From: Tricharina praecox
Taxonomy: Eukaryota
Length of the DNA: 64,000 nucleotides
Reading direction: 5' to 3'
Assembly: GCF_024521635.1 (NCBI RefSeq)
Contig: NW_026250407.1
Coordinates: 124,001 to 188,000, forward strand
The position numbers and the translations under genes are program-made. Within the stretch, counting starts at the first letter, position 1. Each line of letters begins with the position of its first letter. The notes under the pieces were generated by a model. The model did not search any database and had not been told where the DNA came from. It was given only the letters and a program-made list of their open reading frames with translations. Shown here in pieces: positions 36,193 through 49,200 of this stretch.

Positions 36193-38021
36193 ATGTCAAC
36201 CGAACCACTCATGGGCACTCCCTCTCCCTCCTCCTCCTTCGATGCGAGGCCCGGGCCCGAGTTTACCCTCAGCCTGGGGAAACAGCTTTCGCTGAGTATC
36301 GGAGCAGAAGCACTACATATCCAAGGTGCCTGTCTACCGCCGTCCGGGCTACCCACGGGAGTGAGGAACTGCTAACGTCGGCCTGTAGATACCCACATTC
36401 CGAAATCCGCGTCGCGGTCATGCTGCGGATTCGCCGGCACCTCCGACCTCGGTAAGCTTCTGCGGGACGAAAGTGGACACGGCAACGAGGACTGATCGGT
36501 AGGCGCAGCGAATAGTGTGACGATACCGCTTTACAACCTGCTGTGGGTTGACGTCGGCGATGCTTCGGTCACGATAAAGTTTGCGGCGGAGACGTCGAAG
36601 TCGAGGGTGAAGGCCAGCAGCCTTACGTACCCGTACGATCTACCGGCTCGCTCGGCGGTCGAGGCGTGGACGGAGAGGGTGCTGGGCGCGGCGTACGGCA
36701 GTGCGTGGTTCCTGTCATACTCGAGGTGCGGCGGCAGCTGACAGCCTGTGGTAGCATTGATACAACGGCCACGATACAAGGTCCTGATAAATCCCTTCGG
36801 CGGCCAGGGCAATGCAGCACGGCTGTTCGAGACGGCGTGTAGGCCGATTTTGGAGGCGGCGAATTGTTCTCTCGATGTTCAGACCACGGAATGGACCGGA
36901 CATGCGGTCGATATCGCGCGCGAGATTGATATCGAGGCTTACGATGCGATACTTTGTTGTTCTGGCGATGGTGTTCCGCATGAAGTTTTTAATGGGTTGG
37001 CGAAGAGGGATGATGCTATGAAGGCGCTGAAGACTATCGCCGTGGGTCAGCTACCTGGAGGTTCTGGAAATGCCATGTGCTGGAATCTCACAGGAACGGG
37101 AGACCCGTCTGCGGCAACATTATCGATCATCAAATCCTCACGGAAGTCCATGGACCTTGTTTCGATCAGTCAGGGAGATCAGCGGTTCCTCTCTTTCCTG
37201 TCACAATCGTTTGGAATCATCGCCGAGGTGGATCTTGGGACGGAGGACTTGCGATGGATGGGCGGTGCGCGATTCACTTACGGTCTGATGCAACGAATAT
37301 GGAGGCAAACAGTATACCCATGCGACCTAGCGGTGAAGATCGCGATCGATGATAAAGACACGATCCGGGAACATTACCGGCAACACGAGGCGCAAGGGGT
37401 TCTCCATGGCGAGACGGGGCTTCCCGAGTTGCGGTTCGGCACAGTCAATTCCGAGTTGCCGGACGATTGGGAACTCATCCACCAGCCGAATATGGGGAAC
37501 TTCTACGCTGGGAATGTACGTTGTGGTTTCTTTTATTCTATCCCTTAGCATTCCCGGTGCTTTCGAAGATAAAACGAAGCGGTGATGACTTGCATCGATG
37601 GAGAGGTGGCTAACATGTGCAACATAGATGTCCTGGATGTCGGCCGGCGCGAATTTCTTCCCCGCATCGCTGCCGAACGACGGGATGTTTGATCTCGTCT
37701 GCGTGGCCGGCAATATCAGCCGTCGGCAAGCTTTGAAGATGCTTGTTTCCGTTGAGACCGGAGAACATTTCGAACTGCCACACGTGCGTAATACCGGTTC
37801 AACTCCGTCTCCGGGCACTGACTTTTCCGCGATAAATATAGGTGTCCTACCGAAAGATACTAGGCTACCGGATCATTCCACACAAGCGCCCTGGCGTGAC
37901 AGAGGAGTATATCAGTATAGATGGGGAGCGCATTCCGTTCGAACCGTTTCAGGCTGAGGTCATCAAGGGGTTGGGAACTGTACTGGCCAGAACCGAGCAG
38001 TATCTGGCACCTGGTGTTTGA
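36193..38021 (+). CDS. Sphingoid long-chain base (sphingosine) kinase, Lcb4/Lcb5 family, 6 exons
   Basis: VLINPFGGQG, SGDGVPHEVFNGL, LPGGSGNAM, DLGTEDLRWMGGARF and ISIDGE, with an N-terminal SCCG possible acylation site. TGA at 38019-38021. Confidence 0.94.
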
Positions 38022-39429
38022 GGGGGAGGTGAGGCAAGGGAGGAAGGGCAACTCGAGGAATGGTCCGAGGCAGGGAAATATTCACCGCCATATCTGCACT
38101 TGTGGCAAATACTCAACGGAAACTGTTCTTCACAGTTCTCGAGAATTTTGGTGACGGTATTTAAAGGGTCAAGGTGTTTTATATGGAGACTTATAAGGGC
38201 TTTGAGACATTTTTGAGTCTGGCTGGAGCGATAGAAAGCAATTTGACCTGTTTTTATCGAAGATTTCCGAGTTCCTCACCTGAAATCAATATTCTTGCAT
38301 GCATACTTTGGGACCTTTTACTCTTGGGCTAGATGGCCAAGCACTTCAACTTTTAATCCGATACCTGATCTCTCAGCCAGCTCCTGGAGACCTCAGAAGA
38401 AGCATCTGCATGCATCGTGTACCACCTGGACCTGGATTGCTGTTGTTGGACGGGAAGGAGAAGGGGAAGGGGAAGGAGAAGAGTTTATTTGTTACAATTG
38501 TCGCTGGGACCGTAGTAAGAACGGAATACCCCGAGTTTATGACGATAAATTGACTGTTCGGCATGTTGCATGACCGAGATATCCGACAACAGGAAGCTTC
38601 ACAAACATCTTCAGGAACGTGCATGATGTTCAGTGCCTCCTAACAACAGAAAATTTGACATATATCTCCCGGAACATAAAGAAAGCTTTACATACATCTT
38701 CAGGGATATAAAGAATGCTTCACATATGCATACCCCTCCAGGGACGTGGAGGAAGCTTCACAGTGGTAAGGCACCACCACATCACATGACCACTATTATC
38801 AACCTCACCTCCAGCTCAGTAGCAGTTTTCAAGATATAAAACTTCCAATACCTTGAAGTTCACTGAGTGAACTATACAAATACTACTTCAGTTCATTCAT
38901 ATGGTAAAGGCTTGGCATCCGACCAGTTGCCTCCTCTGATGGGACACTTCCTGTTAGAGATTAGCGTGATCCCATGTGAGAGTACCTTAGCGTAGATTTT
39001 GGCCCGGCATCGGTCTTTTGAGCTCACTTCCCTCTATGGATGTGCCAAGACTGACGCTAGCGTATAGTTAGCGCCTTTTAAGCCCACAACTTTATCCACC
39101 TCACCTTCTTCCCTTTACACATCCTCCCAGCCTTCTCAGCACCATTGACCTTCCGATCACAGTAAGTACCATACTCTCTATTCATCACGATATGTAAACA
39201 TCTACATTGACAGACTTCAATACATACGATCATCTGTACTGATTGCCCTGTGATCTAGAAGTCCTTGATCACCTGTAGCTGCCTTCAAACACAAAAGTCA
39301 CTACAACAAGGTTTGTTTCTTTTTGGCACCTCGAATGTTTCTCCATTCTCAAACCATCCATCGCTTATATAATTGCACTGCTCTGCTTCGAATTTTTGTT
39401 GATAATACCTGCTAACACTTTCTATTCAG

Positions 39430-41022
39430 ATGGCAGAAGTAAGGGCCTTGAAAGCCAGAGACTTGAGCCTCAACCCAACTAATTGCGTACAGAATCACTC
39501 CACCAAAGTTGTGGATGTCAAATACATCGGAGGAGTGAGTATTCATCTAAAATAAGTTGAAGACAATGATGCTGATGACGCGTGTAGCACCCGTGGTACC
39601 GGGTGACATGGAAGGGTTTGGGCCCTTCCTATGACACCTGGGAGCCAACTCGGTGTCTGGGTGTACTAGAGGATGTCGTCAAGCAGTGGAAAGAGAGGTA
39701 TGCATTAAGGACACTTATTTTTGTCGATTATTCTGACTTGTTTTTAGGACTAGGCGCAAGCGCAGAGCATCAAACTCAACTTCCATAACCAAGCGCCTGA
39801 AGTTGCTCAACACCTCCAAGAGAGAGCCCAGCTTAGAAGAAGAAGAAGAAGAAGAGCCCTTTACCATCTGGGATTTAGTGGCCGGCGAAAAACCTCCCTA
39901 CATCATGGTGGACAAAAACAATGTAAGATTCTCTGTCCCTCAATCCCGAAATCCCAACCTACTAACTTGAGGTGAAATAGCAGAAGAAGCCAGGCATGAT
40001 GGCTTCCAAATCCGCCAAGACCAAGCCATACGAGCACAAGGATGAACCGACTCGTCCCGCTGTGCTTGCCAACCCGAAACACCACAAGTTCCTCAAAAAA
40101 TTGGCCAAGATCGAGGGTCCGCAGATCACTCTTGTCAACAGCGTTGACGACGAGCCATGTCCTCCTCTTGACTTTGAGTTCATCAAGGAACTCAGATTGA
40201 CTGATAGTCTGAAGGAGATCGCGGGGGTCACCACGTGGAACAACAACTTTACTGTCGGTTGCAGCTGTCCGGTGACTGGCTGTGTCGACAAGGAAAATTG
40301 TGATTGCCTCGATGAGCTCCCGGAAGAAACCGGCCGCAAGCAGTACGACAAGCATGGCCGCATCACGAGGAATAATCAATATGCCATCTTCGAGTGCAAT
40401 TCCCGTTGCAACTGCGGACCCCAGTGTTCCAGCCGCGTCGTCCAGAAGGGACGCAAGGTCAAGCTGGAAATCTTTAAGACCACAAACAAAGGATGGGGTG
40501 AATACCTACATTCAACTAGTTCACTTCATTGCTATATGATGCTGACTGAACTTAGGCCTTCGCTCTCCCGAGTTCCTCAAGAAGGGCACCTTTGTTGAAC
40601 TTTACCTTGGGGAAGTCATCGGTCCCACAGAGACGAGGCGCCGCGCTGACGCCGGTAATGAGATGAATCTCAGCTACTTGTTCGACCTGGACAAGTTTCA
40701 CGAGCAGGGAGAAGATGTCCTTGCACAGGATTCGTGTTGCACGATAGACGGCCGCGATTGCGGAGCAGCCTCCAGGTTCATCAACCACTCATGCGATCCA
40801 AACTTACTCACGTACGCGGTTACGTCGGAGAGGCAAGATGGCAAGATATACAACCTGGCCCTATTTACGGCTCGCGATATCCAGCCCTACGAGGAACTCA
40901 CCTTCTCGTACACCAGTGAGAGCGCTGCTCCCACCAAGAAGGTTGTTCCCACCAAAGACGACAAGGAATCGAAGCCCTGTCTATGTGGCAGCGACAGCTG
41001 CGTTGGATTCCTCTGGGCTTGA
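39430..41022 (+). CDS. Histone H3K9 methyltransferase of Clr4/Su(var)3-9/DIM-5 type with an N-terminal chromodomain, 439 aa
   Basis: Exons 39430-39438, 39493-39534, 39588-39697, 39748-39922, 39981-40497 and 40556-41022 join in frame. They encode a chromo-like YRVTWKG..DTWEP, a 9-Cys pre-SET, a SET domain (KGWG, YLGEVI, RFINHSCDPN, ELTFSY) and a post-SET CLCGSDSC. Confidence 0.9.
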
Positions 41023-41034
41023 GTGGTCCCGTGT

Positions 41035-41301
41035 TTTTCTGTGGGGTTTTTTCAATGGTGGATCCCTTTCGGCGCTCGAGGTCTCGTGTTTCTTCTGTTT
41101 TTCTCCTGTTTTCTGTGGGCATTTCTTTCAATGGTGGATCTCTTTGGGCGTTCGAGGTCTCGGTTTTCGTGTGGTTTTCTCCTTTTTTCTGTGGGAGTTT
41201 CTTTCAGTGATAGACGCGGAGTTCGGTTGATTGTTCTTTTTCACATCATAGTTAGTGAGTTCGGTTAATTGTTTTTTCTTTCTTCTCATCATAGGTAGTG
41301 A
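41035..41301. repeat. Two adjacent imperfect tandem repeats (about 75 bp x 2.3, then about 40 bp x 2)
   Basis: TTTTCTGTGGG..TTTCAATGGTGGATC..TCGAGGTCTCG repeated, followed by GAGTTCGGTT.ATTGTT..CATCATAG.TAGTGAG repeated. Confidence 0.85.
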
Positions 41302-44300
41302 GATCGACTATGTCCGATCGTCATAAATTTTAGCGCATACATATCCCGCCTCTCTCAGGATGCTACTCGGTGTCTCCATCATGTGATGTCTGGCTCGTTG
41401 GCAGTGCCTTCCTCCCCCATTTCCACTTGTTCCTCTCCCACCTTTCCTGCGTTTGTCCGGCCCATATCCGTGCCCATGAGAAAGCCAAGTGTGGCTGAGC
41501 TACGCTTTTCTTCCGCAAAAAGCTTAGATACCTATCAAAACCTCAACCTTCCGTTTCTTCGTCTTTCCCCTGGCCGCCACCCTGCCCCTCCTCATGCCGG
41601 ACGGTCTCCAAAGAAGTGTTCGCGGGTCTGCTGGGGTTTTGGATCGTATACACCACCTACGGTATAGATGCCGGTCGCCCTCCTCCTCCTCCTCCACCCG
41701 GTCACTCGTGGAGGGAACTTGGCCCGGCCTGGCCAGAGCGTGAACGGGATTTCGGTTGGTGGGTATAGGTACAGTTTACCGGGACACCGCCAGGTTGCTG
41801 GTCGTCAGCGCCTTACAAGCTGTCCACTACCCCCGCTGTCCGCTGCCGATAGTTAAGTGTAATATTTGCTAATGCGTTTGTCTATCCAGGTGCAGGCCTA
41901 GGTGGGCAGTGGGTTCGAGTATTCTCGGTGATGTCCTACCTTAGTACTTTATGTAGCTGATCTGAGCAAAGTCCGCGGCCGGTTATAGGTACTCCAGCTA
42001 CCTAGGTATTCGGTACCTTCGTGGAGGCTGAGGGCTGTTGCATGCGGCTGTCTGATGCTGGACTGTTCATTGCCGTCGAGGCTCGATGCCAGATACCTAC
42101 CCGTTGGAGCTTGAAGCGTTCAAGCTGTGCCCTGGGGCCTGCATGCGATTACGACTCTTAAGTCGTTGGCTTGATGCTGGAATTAGGCCCTCCGCAGTCC
42201 TGCCCGAGCATCAGAATCGGTGGCGGCCTTGCCCCATATTCTGTTCTCCTCGATTACCACCGCGTGATGGGTTATGGATCATGTGCAGCCCGGCGGCTGG
42301 TTCTTTCCCCTGGGCAGTGGAGGCTTGTTCACCCTCCCTAGGTGCATATCTCCCTCCCCATCTCCCTCCCCATCTTCCTCCCCATCTCCCTCCCTATCTC
42401 CCTTCCGTGCACCCCGTACTTCAGCCCTCCCCTCGGGCCGCGATCCGCCGTGCCCCCTTCCCCCGAAATACCCAAGTGAGTTTCTTAGCAGCCTCTACTC
42501 AGCATACATACTCGATCAACCCCCTCACGTCCGCCTTAGGTATTCCCCCTTCGGCATTCCTTACGGTTTCGGAAGCAACAATGCGGTGAAGGGTAACGGA
42601 GCAACCATTGATGCCTCGATGGGATTATTGGCTAACTGGTCGTGGAGCATGAGGATGAGGACATCACTAGATGGAAATCCGTGCATCTCGAGTCGAAGTA
42701 CGGGAATACCTGCACCAATCGATACTCGTCGATCTACCACCACAGAACCGAGCTCGGGACGGTCATGCTGCCCCTCCACCGCCGCCCGGACGATCCCGGC
42801 AGCTCCAAGGACCAAGGCAGCCCACGGGACGGCACACCGAATGCCTAGGTACCAGCCACCGAGCCTCCGCTTTCTATTCTAGGCACATTCCGTCACGACG
42901 ACCCCGCAGAAGTAAGGAGGTGGTGGTGGTGGCGGTGCCGGCGGAGGTGGTGGCGGATACCTATCGTACCTGGTGCAAAGGGGCACGTGGAAATGCCCCC
43001 CACCCCCGCATCATCATGGCGACGGCAAATGGGTTAACGCATACCGTACCTATCGTCTAGGTAGGTGGGTAGGTGGGTAGGTACTCGCGGAATATGTATC
43101 GGGATATGTGGAATATGTAGGTACATACCGGCGGTCACTATTTGCATTCCAGCCACATTTCGTCAGTCAACTGGAATTGGAACTGGAACCGCACATCCAA
43201 GCAAGGAGGTTGTGCGCCGATGTGCACTGTGGCTGGATATCTATCCTCTGCCCCCAAAAGCTGACGTGAAAGATGTACATACTGGGTCCGGAGTATGGAG
43301 GGCCAGCCATCGTGTTGTTGTGTTTACGGTACTTTTTACAGCCAGCCATCAGCACCCGGTGGCCGATGAACCAGTAGGTAAGTAGGTATTCTGACGGAGC
43401 AAAAACACGGCGATACCGACGACATATCTACACCGGTGGAAAGCCCGTTTTCCGGGATGCCATCGTAACTATCCCCAGCCGACTCCAGTGTCTACATGAA
43501 GGAAACCTCGGTATATAGTTTGAGGCGTGATGGGGCGACTGAGGATCAGTTACGGTGGCTACTATTCAACAACCGTTAGGGCCGAGCAGAGCCATGATAG
43601 TACAGTACTTCGCCAAATGTTATTACAGTACTGGTCACTTGTTGACTTCCGGCTTCAACCATAGGTACCCCGGGGACACCGATGACAGCAGGACAGTCCT
43701 ACCGACAGGTGGGGTGGTATGTACGGTACAGTGTATCACTCGTGGCACGGGATTAGCGTACCTAGACTCCAGAGTATCAGCTGCACAGCCAGAACCGGTC
43801 GAATGCAAGATGATGAAACACCACACGGTCCACACCAATGTCTCGTCCGCACTGCACATTGCGCAATACAAGCCGCTTGATATGAAATTGGAACGATCGA
43901 TTCCGTGCTTAAGTTGTGCTCCTCATATGCTACGTGCGTCAGGTTCCCGGGGTCCGGCAGAATTTAGGACCAGCTGGTCGATCACCAAAGCCGAGGGAAG
44001 AATCACTAATCACGATGCTTCCGCTATGATGTACCGTATGTACGCAATGGCTGGCAATGGGCTGCCGTGGGCGGCGTCATCGATTCTCACTCACGATGAT
44101 TCACAGCACATGACATGATACATGAAGACTTCCACGGATGCGCCCCGCCCCGCTCCGCCCCACCGCCCCCGCCTCCGCGCATGAAATGTGCTGTTTGAGC
44201 GAGCGAAGTGGGCCCGAATCCCGAATGACGAAAGGCGGGGGGCAGGTTGCGGTATTCATGCATGGAGTACATGATAGGTGCCTTAAGGCTGGAGCTCCCT

Positions 44301-45038
44301 TCGGTGCGTAGGCAGGTAGGCGGGTAGGTAGGCAATTCGGCGCAGCGGCACAACCAAGTGCTTGGGTAGATCAAGTGCTCGTTCCAGCACTGGCCGAGCT
44401 CTCACCGAGTCACCGAACATGCCTACGGTACTATGTACAGACGTACCGCCGTGCACCGCTGGTCTGTCGGTACTCTGGAGTGCACATGATATATCATGGC
44501 ATTCCGGGCACATTGGCACACTGGCATACTGGCACACTGGCACAGATGTTGCTGCAGAATGCGGGAGACAGCTGGATGGGCGATGGGCGATGGGCGCGAG
44601 GTGCATTCGCACTGCAGTACCGGTATAGGTGGTATAGGCAGAGTAATAGAGTGATAGAACGTGGTAGGTACTACCGATATTCTATTCCACCTATTCCATG
44701 TCTATTCTACCGACGTACCGACTTGCAGTGGCCGCCTCACACCGCTCCGATGCTGCTGCTGCAGCCGGGGCGGCGGCGGCAGTTGCGACTTGCGACCCCA
44801 CACATGGGCCAGCGGCCAGCCGGGTGAGACTAGGAACGGTGCTCTAGGTGCGTGCCGGACCGGCCATGCATGATGCAAAGTAGTTAGCTGGGTGAGACAC
44901 CGCTGTTGACAGTTGGAAGCGGAAGCGAGCCGCGAGCGAGCGAGGGAGGGCTCAGGGAGGTCTCGGTTTTGGAAAGGAAGCGGTCTGGATGATCCACCAA
45001 CCAACGCACGCAGTCAACTCATACATACTATTTGTGTG

Positions 45039-45110
45039 GAGGAGCCTGGAGGAGCCTGGAGAGCCCGGAGGAGCCTGGAGAGCCTGGAGGAGCCTGGAGA
45101 GCCTGGAGGA
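45039..45110. repeat. 9-10 bp minisatellite (GGAGCCTGGA/GAGCCTGGA)
   Basis: About seven alternating 10-bp and 9-bp units. Confidence 0.9.
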
Positions 45111-46272
45111 CGCACCGCGCCGGGACGACGACGACGATTTGCACATGCACACCCCCACGTTGACCGCTGCACCTCTGCACCCGAACCATCCAGGCGGCGT
45201 CATCATCGCCGGCCGGTAGGCCCAGTGGGAAGGGGGGAAAAAGAAAAAGAAAAAAAGAAAGAAAAAAAAACTCTTCTCCTTCAGGCTTCCGCCTTTTTCT
45301 GCGTGGCTTTTCGTTGCCACTCGCGAATATCATCCCTCACCGTCGCGAACGCCTCGAGCTTGTGATGTTCGTACTTGCACTTGGTTAAAGGATGAAGACG
45401 AAGGCGGCCTCGATCTTCCAAGTTCCAGGTTCGCCAGCTCGCCGTTCAATTCTTCCTGCGAGGACTGGATCCCGCCCGTCCATCCTGAAGACTGTGGGAC
45501 CGGCTGCACAGTGCGGAAATATATGCGTCCGGCACCGAGGGGGCCAGCACTCTACAGTAGAGTACTCTAGCGGTCTGCTGTAAGCTGGAATATACCGTAC
45601 ATATCCAAGTACCACTTCTTGCCTACTTCTCACCTATGCGTCTGCCCTGTGGCACGACTCGGGATGCTTGCGAGATGCGGAAACCCCGGTACAATGGCAA
45701 AAGGCGCGGCAGATGGATAGCAGATAACTGCTTACGGTATTACTCTATCTACATGGTGGCCGCTGCCATCAAAAAGCTCTCGTAACTAAGCCTGGGCATC
45801 CGCCTCGAGTCCTCGACGTGCTTTCTTCCCGCCCCGATTCCAGACTCTTGCATCTCTCCGGAAAACTGGTTTGAGCCCGCCAGAAGCTGCGCGTTCATTC
45901 ATTCATTCGTTATCGACTTCGTACGTCTCGCTTCTCTTCTCTTCTCTCTCTTTCTCTCCCTCTCTCCGCGTTGCTTGCGCTGCAGGTTCGGATTCTTCCT
46001 CCGCCTACACTACCGTACCTATCATAGTACCGGTATATAGTAGTAGTACTACCATCCCGTTCGCGATTGAGCAACCAATTGACGTAATAATATCCGAAAC
46101 AGCAAAACAGAAGAAAACATAAACCTCCGAGAAAGAGAGAGAAAGAAAGAAGAAAAATACGTCCCCGCCCGCACGATATCAAGAAGACGCTCACGTCTCT
46201 CCCCCGCCCATCCCACGACTCCGTCGTGCGGATCCGAAGATCCTTGCATCGCCCGCCACTGTCGTCACCACC

Positions 46273-49200
46273 ATGTTCTCGAGTTCGTACCAGGCCAGCA
46301 CGTCCGACGCTCGTGCTGCGCGCCCATGCACCGCGGACACGGACGACGACAGGCCCTCCACTCGGGCCCGTAGGGGATCGGTGATCATCGAGGAGGAGGA
46401 CGACACAGCCGTCATCATGTCCTCGAATTCGACTCCTCTCCAGGTCCCCGTCATACTTGGCTCGCACAGAGCCCGATCGTATCTCCACGGCAGTCAGCAC
46501 CATGGCGGTTCGTTGTTCCTCCAGCGGCGGCGGCGGTGGCATTGGCGGGGACGGCGGTGCCAGCAATACTGATCGGTCCGAGTTAATCACTGACAATGAA
46601 ATTCACCGCAGACTCCTCCGATCATTGGCCTCATTACGCGTCCGTCGGCGTGCGAGAACAGACGGCAGAGCTGGCCAACATCGTGCTCTCGGATGCCTTG
46701 GGAACTTCTCCGCGAATGTCTCCGAGCGCCCACGATCCCGACGTACCGCCTCTGAGACTCCCGGGACGACCGATGCCAGGGTCACGGAATGGTCCGCACT
46801 CGGGCTACCCCGAGGGTCGTCGGGGGTCGCTGGTCTCTTCGCTGCACACACGTCCTGCGAGCCCGTCGCACCTATCGCGGTTGTTCAGCGCCGACAATTC
46901 GCCCCCGAAATCACCTCCCTTGGCACCCGTCGCACCTCCGATAGCGAGGGAAGTCTCCGTCGTGACCGTGGCGACCGAGAGAGATTCGCTACTGCCGAAG
47001 AACTATGGGACGGATGATGTGCACGCTTTCTATCATACGGTGGCACCGGCGCAGTCGGCTCAAGACCTGGAGTCGCAGTACCGACATGAATCCCTGTTTC
47101 GACGGAGCGGTCTGGACGGTGCGCGCAAATGGCTCGGGGCGAACGGTGCACATGCGGTACGGAAATTCCGTCCCAAGCGGAAAGTGACCGCGCGAGATGT
47201 GTGGAAGCAGGGAGTGGTACAGCCGGTGAGCCTCCTCCCCTCGGTGCTACTGGGGCTGTTGTTGAACGTGCTGGACGGCCTGTCATACGGTAAGTGGTCC
47301 CCTCACTCTTTTTCGGGCGCATTCTGATGCTGAGATCTCGATTGAAGGTATGATTTTGTTCCCGTTGGGAGAGAGCATCTTCAGTGATCTGGGCCCCGAT
47401 GGATTGTCCATGTTCTACGTATCGTGTATCGTATCCCAGCTCGTGTATTCATGTGGAGGCAGTGCGTTCAAGGGAGGAATCGGATCAGAAATGGTATGGC
47501 TCTCTCTCACCCATGTTTCCTACCGCCGTGGATTCGGAATCTCCTCATGAGTTCCTTCCTTTGCTAAAAATCGCCGTAGATCGAAGTTGTACCGTTCTTC
47601 CATAAGATGGCATTCACGATTCTAGCGGAAGTTGGCCAAGACAATCCGAAGTCGGTCCTTGCAACGACGATTCTCTCTTATGCGATGAGCTCAGTCCTCA
47701 CTGGCGCCGTCTTCTTCGCGTTGGGTTATCTGAAGCTAGGGTCCTTGATCGGGTTCTTTCCCAGACACATTTTGGTTGGCTGTATCGGTGGTGTTGGATG
47801 GTTCCTGCTGGCTACGGGACTCGAAGTGTGCGCGAGACTCGACGGAAACCTTAGCTATAACTTCGAGACGCTCGCCCTTCTGTTCGAACCAGCCACGTTT
47901 GCTCTATGGATTATTCCGCTGATCCTGGCCTGGGGACTGATACTATGCCAGAAGGTCATCAAAAGCACACTCTTCATGCCGCTTTACTTTCTTTCCATCC
48001 CGGTCATCTTCCATATTGTTGTCTTTGCGATTCCGAATCTATCCATTCCCGACTTGCGAGGAACCGGTTGGATATTCAGTGCTCCGGCTTCAGGAGTTCC
48101 ATTCTACCATTTCTACACTCTCTACGGTATGTACTTGGTTATAGGGCCGGTTGGTTTATGTGGTCGGACCGGCAATCGATGCTAATTGGGCATAGATTTT
48201 GGTGCCGTTGACTGGACTGCCCTCATGAAGACGGTTCCAGCCATGTTTGCGCTCACCTTTTTCGGTATCCTCCACGTCCCCATCAATGTTCCTGCACTTG
48301 CAGTGTCCACGGGCATCGACGACGTCGACGTGAACCGAGAATTGATTGCGCACGGAGTCTCGAACGCACTTTCCGGCTTCAGTGGGAGCATTCAGAACTA
48401 TCTGGTCTACAGCAACTCGATCCTCTTCATGCGGGCCGGTGGTGACAGCCGTCTCGCTGGCATAATGTTGGCTGTGGGAACTTTTGCGATAATGGCGGCA
48501 GGACCGGCAGTCGTGGGGTACATACCCGTCATGGTCGTCGGTGCGCTCATTTTCCTCCTCGGAATCGAGCTCATGAAGGAGGCGCTGGTCGATACGTGGA
48601 GAAAGCTGAGCAAGTTGGAGTACTTCACGGTATGTCACCCGACTTTTTATATTTCTTCTTCTTCTTCTTCGCCGTAAATACCACTGATACTGATGATCGG
48701 AATCGTAGATTTGTGCCATTGTGGTGACCATGGGTGCATGGGACTTTGTGATTGGAATTCTGGTTGGTGTCTTGCTCGCCTGTGTTTCGCTCGTCCTTCA
48801 GACTTCGAGAAAATCGCCGATTCGCGCCACATACTCGGGCACGGTTGCACGGTCCACGGTCCGGAGACATCCCACGCAGCAACGCTTCCTCCGCGAAGTC
48901 GGCGCGCAGGTGGAGATCATCAAGCTTGCAGGGTACATGTTCTTCGGTACTATCGCCTCGGTCGAAACCCGCGTGCGGGGTCTCTTCGACGATCAGCACA
49001 CAACCCGCTTCGTCATCATTGATCTGCTCCACGTCTCCGGCATCGACTTCTCGGCCGCCGAGGCGTTCACCCGGATGCAACGGCTCATGGCTACAAGAGG
49101 TGTGGAGATGGTGCTGAGTGGTGTAACACGTGGTGGGGAGATTGGTAGTGCCCTCCGCGCCGTCGGTGTGTGGGGCGACGACCACACCAGCGGTCTAGTC

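Noticed and set aside
39220..39270. 5S rRNA-like start ACATACGATCAT
   Set aside because: Similarity ends after about 12 nt and the sequence lies in an apparent UTR intron.
41880..41940. tRNA-like GGTTCGAGT (B-box/T-loop) motif
   Set aside because: I could not build a T-stem, acceptor stem or cloverleaf around it.
41383..45900. ORFs in the 5-kb interval upstream of the VSB1-like gene
   Set aside because: Low-complexity or repeat-driven translations, mostly non-ATG starts, and no transposase, RT or other domain motifs.
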